Shown here: positions 1 through 7,883 of the stretch, piece after piece | Layout: the number at the start of each line of letters is the position of its first letter | Numbering within the stretch: position 1 is the stretch's first letter | The notes under the pieces: model-generated | What the model saw: the letters and a program-made list of their open reading frames with translations, nothing else | Told to the model about the DNA's origin: nothing | Databases searched by the model: none | Made by a program: the position numbers and the translations under genes | Assembly (NCBI GenBank): GCA_009103225.1 | Contig: RHPI01001965.1 | Coordinates: 1-10,996 of the forward strand | Direction: 5' to 3' | DNA from: Chlorokybus atmophyticus | Lineage: Eukaryota; Plantae; Mesostigma and Chlorokybus algae | Length of the DNA: 10,996 bases

Positions 1-1
1 G

Positions 2-2932
2 GCTGAGGGAGTTGGCAACGTGCGACTCCAGTGCAAGGTTGGTAACACACTACGCGAGGTGTTGTTACGCAACGTCCTGCATGTTTCTAAGGCTATTGCG
101 AGTCTATTCTCTGTGAGGGTTGCGGAGCGCTTAGGCGCGGAGATCCTATTTCGGAAGGGTGGCTGCACAGTCATCCTTGATGGGGTCGTGCACATGGTTG
201 GAATCGCTGATCCGGGAGGGCTCTACCACGTGGAGCAGCCTCAAGACAGAGACATTCAAGCCATGGTGGTGAAGGACAAGGAGTCGCCAACATTGTGGCA
301 TCGAAGGTTCGGGCATCTCAGCTACGTCAACCTCACTCGCCTTGTCGCTGAGAAGATGGTCAAGGGCATCCATCTCAGCACAGAAGAACTCAAGACAGCA
401 TCAGGTGCACTTTGTGAACCATGTCTGGTTGCAAAGCAGCATGCTATGCCATTCCCATCATCCTCTTCTAGCAGTCAGCATCCTTGCGAGCTTGTGCACA
501 TGGATGTCTGTGGCCCTATGCGCATTGTGGCGAAGGGAGGGGCCAGGTACTTTGCTACATTCCTCGACGACTACAGCAAGCTGTCCATCATCTTTCCATT
601 GACGCTCAAGTCAGAAGTTGCTGGAGCTGTGCGCACAGTTGTGGCCTTGTTGGAGACCCAGTCTGGCAACAAGATGAAGGCAATGAGGAGTGATCGAGGA
701 GGGGAGTACATCAACAAGGAGTTGAAGGAGTTCTTCGCCAGCAAGGGCATACGCCACGAGACAACGGCACCCTACACCCCGCAGCAGAATGGAGCAGCTG
801 AACGCCTCAACAGGACACTCTTGGAGCGTGTTCGAGCCATGCTCAACGACACAAAGATGGAAGACAGTTTGTGGAAGGAGGCGGTACTCACTGCCAACTA
901 CATCCGCAACAGGTCTCCGGTGAGCTCAGAGCAGAAGACTCCGTGGGAGCACTTCTATGGAGCCACACCAGATGTGAGTGGTATGCGTGTGTTTGGATGC
1001 ACGGCATATGCACTAGTGCCTAAACAGCTCAGGCACAAGCTGGAGCCGGTCAGCAAGAAGGGCATCTTCGTTGGCTATGAACCGGGTTCCAAGGCTTACA
1101 GGATCTTGCTCGAGGACACTCAGAAGATCATTGTGAGCAGAGAGGTGGTTTTCCACGAGGGATTATCACAACCAGAAGCAGGCTTCTTTCCTGAAGATGA
1201 AGCACAGCCGGAGCATCCTGAAACAGTGGAGGCTACAGGCAAGGCCATCATCAACAATAAGGGTGAGCAGGACTCAGCTGTAGCAGGCCAGGAGGAGCCG
1301 CACCTGCAGCAGGAGCACGCAGCTCGGAGATACCCAATGAGGGAGAGAAAGGCACCTGACTTTTTACACAAGGCACACGTCGCCAGTGTGCACAATGAGG
1401 AGCCAAGCACCTACGAGGAGGCATTGTTAGCACCAGATGCGGAGCAATGGCAGCGTGCTATGGACGAGGAGATTGCGTCACTCCATGCCAACAACACTTG
1501 GTCACTGGAGCAGTTACCGCAAGGAGTGAAGACCATTCCAGTGAAATGGGTCTTCAAGGTGAAGCGTGATGGTCAGGGCAACATTGAGCGCTACAAGGCA
1601 AGACTGGTGGCAAAGGGCTTCTTGCAGCAGGAAGGTGTGGACTTCAACGAAGTGTTTGCACCTGCAAGTAAGCATACCACCTTCCGTGCACTGCTAGCTG
1701 TGGTTGCTGCTGAAGACCTAGAGCTGCATCACCTGGATGTGAAGACTGCCTTCCTCTACGGAGAGCTGGAGGAGGAGATCTTCATCGAGCAACCACCTGG
1801 ATATGAAGAAGGGGAGAGAGGCACAGCGTGCAAGCTGATCAAGGCACTGTACGGGCTGCGACAGGCACCGCGTATGTGGCACATCAAGCTCACCAAGGAG
1901 CTGGAGGCACTTGGCTTCACCGCATCCTCTGCAGACCCTGGGCTCTTCATCCATGCAGACAACAAGGTCTGGCTGCTCGTGTATGTTGATGATATCATCA
2001 TCACCGCCAGGCAGGTGCACCACCTGCAGGAGACGAAACTTGCTCTACAGCAAGCATTCTCAGTTCGTGATCTTGGAGAGGCCAAGTGGTTCCTTGGCAT
2101 GGTGATTGAGCGCGACAGGGCGGCTCGCACAATCAAGATCAGTCAGGAGCAGATGGTGAGAAGACTCGTCACCAAGTTTGGGCTCACTGAAGCGAAGACC
2201 AAGACCACACCGTTGGCACTTGGCACTGCCCTCATCAAGGCAAAGGATGAGGAGGTACTCGACAAGGCTCAGTATCCATATGGTGAGCTGGTAGGCAGCA
2301 TGCTCTATCTGGCAGTGTGCACACGTCCCGATGTTGCACATGCTGTGGGAGTACTTGCTCGCTACATGTCTGCACCGAGCATGGAGCACTGGAGAGCAGC
2401 AAAGGGAGTACTACGCTATGTTGCTGGGAGCGCAACAGTTGGCATCAAGTTTGGGAGCGGGAGCACTGAGTTGGAGGGCTACTGCGACTCGGACTTTGCT
2501 GGTGACCTCAACAGCAGGAGGTCCACTACAGGCTACGTCTTCAAGCTGAACGGAGGCGTGGTGAGCTGGAACAGCAGGCTGCAGCCAACAACAGCAGCAT
2601 CTACATCAGAGGCTGAGTACATGGCAGCGGCAGCAGCAGTGAAGGAGGCACTCTGGCTTCGCAAGCTCATGGCAGACTTGGAGCACCCCATGGCGTGCAT
2701 CGTCATCAACTGTGACAACCAAGGAGCCATCAAGTTGTTGAAGCACCCTATCGCCTCGGCAAGGACGAAGCACATTGATGTCATGCATCACTTTGTGCGT
2801 GACAGAGTCACAAGGAAGGAGGTGGAGTTCCAGTACTGCAACACCGAGGGCATGCTGGCGGACTTCATGACAAAGCCATTGTCACCACTCAAGTTCAAGA
2901 CTTGTTGTGCAGGACTTGGCATCTGTGTTTGA
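2..2932 (+). CDS. pol: Copia Gag-Pol polyprotein, C-terminal part (end of protease, integrase, reverse transcriptase, RNase H); 5'-partial, uninterrupted
   Basis: The frame is open from base 2. Integrase motifs: LWHRRFGH...CEPC, HMDVCGP, SDRGGEY, NGAAERLNRTL. RT motifs: YKARLVAKGF, LDVKTAFL, LYGLRQAPR, YVDD. RNase H motifs: YCDSDFAGD, EAEYMA, CDNQGA, KHIDV, ADFMTKPL. Stop TGA at 2930-2932. Confidence 0.97.
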   Translation, partial: AEGVGNVRLQCKVGNTLREVLLRNVLHVSKAIASLFSVRVAERLGAEILFRKGGCTVILDGVVHMVGIADPGGLYHVEQPQDRDIQAMVVKDKESPTLWHRRFGHLSYVNLTRLVAEKMVKGIHLSTEELKTASGALCEPCLVAKQHAMPFPSSSSSSQHPCELVHMDVCGPMRIVAKGGARYFATFLDDYSKLSIIFPLTLKSEVAGAVRTVVALLETQSGNKMKAMRSDRGGEYINKELKEFFASKGIRHETTAPYTPQQNGAAERLNRTLLERVRAMLNDTKMEDSLWKEAVLTANYIRNRSPVSSEQKTPWEHFYGATPDVSGMRVFGCTAYALVPKQLRHKLEPVSKKGIFVGYEPGSKAYRILLEDTQKIIVSREVVFHEGLSQPEAGFFPEDEAQPEHPETVEATGKAIINNKGEQDSAVAGQEEPHLQQEHAARRYPMRERKAPDFLHKAHVASVHNEEPSTYEEALLAPDAEQWQRAMDEEIASLHANNTWSLEQLPQGVKTIPVKWVFKVKRDGQGNIERYKARLVAKGFLQQEGVDFNEVFAPASKHTTFRALLAVVAAEDLELHHLDVKTAFLYGELEEEIFIEQPPGYEEGERGTACKLIKALYGLRQAPRMWHIKLTKELEALGFTASSADPGLFIHADNKVWLLVYVDDIIITARQVHHLQETKLALQQAFSVRDLGEAKWFLGMVIERDRAARTIKISQEQMVRRLVTKFGLTEAKTKTTPLALGTALIKAKDEEVLDKAQYPYGELVGSMLYLAVCTRPDVAHAVGVLARYMSAPSMEHWRAAKGVLRYVAGSATVGIKFGSGSTELEGYCDSDFAGDLNSRRSTTGYVFKLNGGVVSWNSRLQPTTAASTSEAEYMAAAAAVKEALWLRKLMADLEHPMACIVINCDNQGAIKLLKHPIASARTKHIDVMHHFVRDRVTRKEVEFQYCNTEGMLADFMTKPLSPLKFKTCCAGLGICV

Positions 2933-2969
2933 CTACAGGAGCAAGCGTTGGAGGTCAAGCTGCTCGCGT

Positions 2970-2974
2970 GGGAG
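2970..2974 (+). other. Polypurine-tract position of copy 1 (short: ...CGCGT-GGGAG abutting the LTR)
   Basis: GGGAG lies directly before the LTR start TGTTG at 2975. The same context occurs at 7454-7458 but not before LTR3. Confidence 0.7.
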
Positions 2975-3398
2975 TGTTGAGAGTATTCCTACATACGATC
3001 AGCATCGACCCTCCACACAGGAGTAGAAGGTCGTAAGGACGAGCACTAGGTCCGGACTTAGCAAGATGGCATCGTCGGACCAGACTCCGGACTCCAGACT
3101 GGAGCCTTACTAACTGCTTCGTATCTCCGCGTATACTTACTCATATTAGGCGTGTAAGAGCTTGTTGGAAAGCTCTGGTTGTAAGAAAGACAACGCAGCT
3201 TAGAGCGCGTCAAAAGGCTGAGTATAGCTTACGCAGTGCTTGCAAACGTAGACGTGTGTGTAACTGGCTGGTATAAGAACCAGCGGACAACTTGTAATAG
3301 ATGAATGTGATGTGACTTGTGTATGCTCTGGTGGCGGTAGCTCTGTCTCTGTGTATCTATGCTTGCCTCAACTACATGTGCATGCTAGTCCTTCAACA
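2975..3398 (+). repeat. LTR1 (424 bp), shared as 3' LTR of copy 1 and 5' LTR of copy 2
   Basis: Termini TGTTGA...TCAACA form a 6-bp inverted repeat. It is preceded by the PPT and followed immediately by the PBS. Near-identical to 7459-7883 and 10624-10996. Confidence 0.97.
3153..3297 (+). promoter_or_regulatory. Four TGTAA motifs in LTR1 (3153, 3180, 3259, 3293): candidate chlorophyte-type UGUAA polyadenylation signals
   Basis: The motifs are seen directly. UGUAA is the established poly(A) signal of Chlamydomonas and related chlorophytes; function here is inferred. Confidence 0.4.
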
Positions 3399-3412
3399 GG
3401 TTATGGGCCCAC
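3399..3412 (+). promoter_or_regulatory. Primer binding site complementary to the anticodon-arm region (5' half-molecule) of initiator tRNA-Met
   Basis: GGTTATGGGCCCAC starts with no spacer after the LTR's terminal CA. It is the reverse complement of GUGGGCCCAUAACC in plant-type tRNA-iMet (recalled sequence), not of a 3' CCA end. Confidence 0.92.
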
Positions 3413-3525
3413 ACTACGCTTGAGGAGTGTGAGACTAGCTTGTGTGCATAGTAGTTCTACACTACGGTAGCTTGTTGGTAGCAGAGCCTTGGGTGTCAAC
3501 TGCAAGAAAGGCAGGCTCGACAGAA

Positions 3526-6500
3526 ATGGAGGCGACCTACGACAAGGGGCAGATTGCAAAGCTGGACACCGACAACTACAACACATGGTGCGTGGAGATG
3601 AAGGCCTTGCTCATCCACAAGAAGGTGTGGAAGTACGTTGATCCGAAGGCACCACCACCAACACCAGGAGCGAACACTGTGTGGTCAGAGCATTCAGCAG
3701 AAGCACACTCTTTGCTTGTGTTGAACAGCAAACCGCATCACTTTCCCATGCTCACTGCATGTGAAGATGGTAGACAAGCTTGGGAAAAGCTATCAGCCGT
3801 TTTCAGAGCCAAGAACAATGCCAGAAAGTTGCATCTACGCAAGCAGCTCAGCGCACTCAGGAAGGAGGCAGCAGAACCCATCACAAAGTATGTTGCGCGC
3901 GCGAGAGAGCTGTGGGCGGACCTCATCAACGTCGGCCACAACATGGGGGAGACGGAGGTAGTGCTGGCCATTGTTGCAGGGCTACCAGCAGAGTACGAGG
4001 TCGTCGCAACCCTGCTGGAGACGTCATCATCGGAGTTGACGTTGGACGATGTGCTACCGAAGCTGCTCACCGTGGAGCAGAGGGTTGTGAAGAAGGACGA
4101 GCAAGCGGATGCCGTCGCCTTCTACACCGGCAAGCACGCAAAGAAGAGCAACCATGAAGAGAAGTACAAGGGCAACAAGCCAGGCAATCCTCGTCACAAA
4201 GACCTCACATGCCACTGGTGTGGTTGGAAGGGGCACATTGTGAAGGACTGTAGGAAGAAACAACAGGGGCAACCTAGAGCAAGCACCAGCAACAGCGGCA
4301 ACGAGCACCAACACAAGGAGAAACATGTCGCCTTCACTGCATCCAGTTCGAGGGCGGGCACAGCTTTCTGGGTGGTGGACTCTGGCTGCGATCGTCATCT
4401 CACACCAAACAAGGAGGTGATGGAGGGCTACAGGAAGCTGACGTCCACAATCAAGGTGGCGGGCTTCGGTGGCGAAGTACTGGTGGCTGAGGGAGTTGGC
4501 AACGTACGACTCCAGTGCAAGGTTGGTAACACACTACGCGAGGTGTTGTTACGCAACGTCCTGCATGTTCCTAAGGCTATTGCGAGTCTATTCTCTGTGA
4601 GGGTTGCGGAGCGCTTAGGCGCGGAGATCCTATTTCGGAAGGGTGGCTGCTCAGTCATCCTTGATGGGGTCGTGCACATGGTTGGAATCGCTGATCCGGG
4701 AGGGCTCTACCACGTGGAGCAGCCTCAAGACAGAGACATTCAAGCCATGGTGGTGAAGGACAAGGAGTCGCCAACATTGTGGCATCGAAGGTTCGGGCAT
4801 CTCAGCTACGTCAACCTCACTCGCCTTGTCGCTGAGAAGATGGTCAAGGGCATCCATCTCAGCACAGAAGAACTCAAGACAGCATCAGGTGCACTTTGTG
4901 AACCATGCCTGGTTGCAAAGCAGCATGCTATGCCATTCCCATCATCCTCTTCTAGCAGTCAGCATCCTTGCGAGCTTGTGCACATGGATGTCTGTGGCCC
5001 TATGCGCATTGTGGCGAAGGGAGGGGCCAGGTACTTTGCTACATTCCTCGACGACTACAGCAAGCTGTCCATCATCTTTCCGTTGACGCTGAAGTCAGAA
5101 GTTGCTGGAGCTGTGCGCACAGTCGTGGCCTTGTTGGAGACGCAGTCTGGCAACAAGATGAAGGCAATGAGGAGTGATCGAGGAGGGGAGTACATCAACA
5201 AGAAGTTGAAGGAGTTCTTCGCCAACAAGGGCATACGCCACGAGACAACGGCACCCTACACCCCGCAGCAGAATGGAGCAGCTGAACGCCTCAATATGAC
5301 ACTCTTGGAGCGTGTTCGAGCTATGCTCAACAACACAAAGATGGAAGACAGTTTGTGGAAGGAGGCGGTACTCACTGCCAATTACATCCGCAACAGGTCT
5401 CCGGTTAGCTAAGAGCAGAAGACTCCGTGGGAGCACTTCTATGGAGCCACACCAGATGTGAGTGGTATGCGTGTGTTTGGATGCACGGCATATGCACTAG
5501 TGCCTAAACAGCTCAGGCACAAGCTGGAGCCGGTAAGCAAGAAGGGCATCTTCGTTGGCTATGAATCGGGTTCTCAGGCTTGCAGGATCTTGCTCGAGGA
5601 CACTCAGAAGATCATCGTGAGCAGAGAGGTGGTTTTCCACGAGGGATTATCACAACCAGAAGCAGGCTTCTTTCCTAAAGATGAAGCACAGCCGGAGCAT
5701 CCTGAAATAGTGGAGGCTACAGGCAAGGCCATCATCAACAATAAGGGTGAGCAGGACTCAGCTGTAGCAGGCCAAGAGGAGCCGTACCAACAGCAGGAGC
5801 ACGCAGCTCGGAGATACCCAGTGAGGGAGAGAAAGGCACCTGACTTCTTACACAAGGCACACGTCGCCAGTGTGCAGAATGAGGAGCCAAGCACCTACGA
5901 GGAGGCATTGTTAGCACCAGATGCGGAGCAATGGCAGCGTGCTATGGACGAGGAGATTGCGTCACTCCATGCCAACAACACTTGGTCACTGGAGCAGTTA
6001 CCGCAAGGAGTGAAGACCATTCCAGTGAAATGGGTCTTCAAGGTGAAGCGTGATGGTCAGGGCAACATTGAGCGCTACAAGGCAAGACTGGTGGCAAAGG
6101 GCTTCTTGCAGCAGGAAGGTGTGGACTTCAACGAAGTGTTTGCACCTGCAAGTAAGCATACCACCTTCCGTGCACTGCTAGCTATGGTTGCTGCTGAAGA
6201 CCTAGAGCTGCATCACCTGGATGTGAAGACTGCCTTCCTCTACGGAGAGCTGGAGGAGGAGATCTTCATCGAGCAACCACCTGGATATGAAGAAGGGGAG
6301 AGAGGCACAGCGTGCAAGCTGATCAAGGCATTGTACGGGCTGCAACAGGCACCGCGTATGTGGCACATCAGGCTCACCAAGAAGCTTGAGGCACTTTGCT
6401 ACACCGCATCCTCTGCAGACCCTGGGCTCTTCATCCATGCAGACAACAAGGTCTGGCTGCTCGTGTATGTGGATGATATCATCATCACCGCCAGGCAGGT

Positions 6501-7416
6501 GCACCACCTGCAGGAGACAATGCTTGCTCTACAGCAAGCATTCTCAGTTCGTGATCTTAGAGAGGCCAAGTGGTTCCTTGGCATGGTGATTGAGCGCGAC
6601 AGGGCGGCTCGCACAATCAAGATCAGTCAGGAGCAGATGGTGAGAAGACTCGTCACCAAGTTTGGGCTCACTGAAGCGAAGACCAAGACCACACCGTTGG
6701 CACTTGGCACTGCCCTCATCAAGGCAAAGGATGAGGAGGTACTCGACAAGGCTCAGTATCCATATGGTGAGCTGGTAGGCAGCATGCTCTATCTGGCAGT
6801 GTGCACACGTCCCGATGTTGCACATGCTGTGGGAGTACTTGCTCGCTACATGTCTGCACCGAGCATGGAGCACTGGAGAGCAGCAAAGGGAGTACTACGC
6901 AATGTTGCTGGGAGCGCAACAGTTGGCAACAAGTTTGGGAGCGGGAGCACTGAGTTGGAGGGCTACTGCGACTCGGACTTTGCTGGTGACCTCAACAGCA
7001 GGAGGTCCACTACAGGCTACGTCCTCAAGCTGAACGGAGGCGTGGTGAGCTGGAACAGCAGGCTGCAGCCAACAACAGCAGCATCTACATCAGAGGCTGA
7101 GTACATGGCAGCGGCAGCAGCAGTGAAGGAGGCACTCTGGCTTCGCAAGCTCATGGCAGACTTGGAGCACCCCATGGCGTGCATCGTCATCAACTGTGAC
7201 AATCAAGGAGCCATCAAGTTGTTGAAGCACCCTATCGCCTCAGCAAGGACGAAGCACATTGATGTCATGCATCACTTTGTGCGTGACACAGTCACAAGGA
7301 ATGAGGTGGAGTTCCAGTACTGCAACACCGAGGGCATGCTGGCGGACTTCATGACAAAGCCATTGTCACCGCTCAAGTCAAAGACTTGTTGCGCAAGACT
7401 TGGCACCTGTGTTTGA
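3526..7416 (+). pseudogene. gag-pol: Copia gag-pol single ORF of copy 2 (would be 1296 aa), interrupted by an in-frame TAA at 5410-5412
   Basis: First ATG is at 3526 (MEATYDK...). Gag has the knuckle CHWCGWKGHIVKDC (4210-4251). Protease WVVDSGCDRHLT has its DSG at 4378-4386. IN, RT and RH follow as in copy 1. The ORFs 3442-5412 and 5458-7416 are in the same frame; copy 1 has TCA (926-928) where copy 2 has TAA. Confidence 0.95.
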
Positions 7417-7453
7417 CTACAGGAGCAAGCGTTGGAGGTCAAGCTGCTCGCGT

Positions 7454-7458
7454 GGGAG
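7454..7458 (+). other. Polypurine-tract position of copy 2
   Basis: GGGAG directly before LTR2; identical context to 2970-2974. Confidence 0.7.
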
Positions 7459-7883
7459 TGTTGAGAGTCATTCCTACATACGATCAGCATCGACCCTCCA
7501 CACAGGAGTAGAAGGTCGTAAGGACGAGCACTAGGTCCGGACTTAGCAAGATGGCATCGTCGGACCAGACTCCGGACTCCAGACTGGAGCCTTACTAACT
7601 GCTTCGTATCTCCGCGTATACTTACTTATATTAGGCGTGTAAGAGCTTGTTGGAAAGCTCTAGTTCTAAGAAAGACAACGCAGCTTAGAGCGCGTTAAAA
7701 GGCTGAGTATAGCTTACGCAGTGCTTGCAAACGTAGACGTGTGTGTAACAAGCTGGTATAAGAACCAGCGGACAACTTGTAATAGATGAATGTGATGTGA
7801 CTTGTGTATGCTCTGGTGGCGGTAGCTCGGTCTCTGTGCATCTATGCTTGCCTCAACTACATGTGCATGCTAGTCCTTCAACA
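7459..7883 (+). repeat. LTR2 (425 bp), 3' LTR of copy 2
   Basis: TGTTGA...TCAACA termini. Versus LTR1: one inserted C (7469) and 8 substitutions by manual alignment. No PBS follows. Confidence 0.97.

Larger units (their letters stand above)
1..3398 (+). mobile_element. Ty1/copia LTR retrotransposon, copy 1 (5' part outside window); its 3' LTR is shared with copy 2
   Basis: Pol domains are in copia order (protease C-terminus, integrase, RT, RNase H), followed by a short purine tract and a TGTTGA...TCAACA LTR. It aligns to copy 2 at a constant offset of 4484 bp. Confidence 0.97.
2975..7883 (+). mobile_element. Full-length Ty1/copia retrotransposon, copy 2 (4909 bp), defective; half-tRNA-primed (Osser/copia/Ty5-like) type
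   Basis: LTR-PBS-gag-PR-IN-RT-RH-PPT-LTR structure is complete. Right flank GAGCG (7884-7888) is the candidate target-site duplication; its partner would lie outside the window. Confidence 0.96.

Noticed and set aside
3049-3104. Short CCGGACT/CAGACT repeats and small inverted repeats in the LTR
   Set aside because: These are short, low-complexity matches common in U3 regions. They are not a CRISPR or satellite array and no function can be supported.
3442-3525. GTG-initiated N-terminal extension of Gag from the ORF track
   Set aside because: It overlaps the structured leader and looks non-coding. The first ATG at 3526 precedes typical copia Gag sequence (KLDTDNYNTW).
5410-5412. In-frame TAA as programmed readthrough separating two ORFs
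   Set aside because: Copy 1 has TCA (Ser) at the equivalent codon and the site lies inside integrase, so it is a simple nonsense mutation.
146-7490. Numerous short antisense and alternate-frame ORFs over the copia region
   Set aside because: They are shadows of the GC-rich gag-pol frame, repeated only because the element is duplicated, and have no recognisable motifs.
7878-7883. Stop codon at 7878-7880 as the natural end of the methyltransferase
   Set aside because: The final Cys codon and the TGA come from the inverted LTR2 terminus, and the later catalytic motifs are missing.
4485-7883. RIP-like or CpG-deamination hypermutation of copy 2
   Set aside because: About a third of the differences are transversions and only a few transitions are at CpG; no strong context bias is visible by eye.
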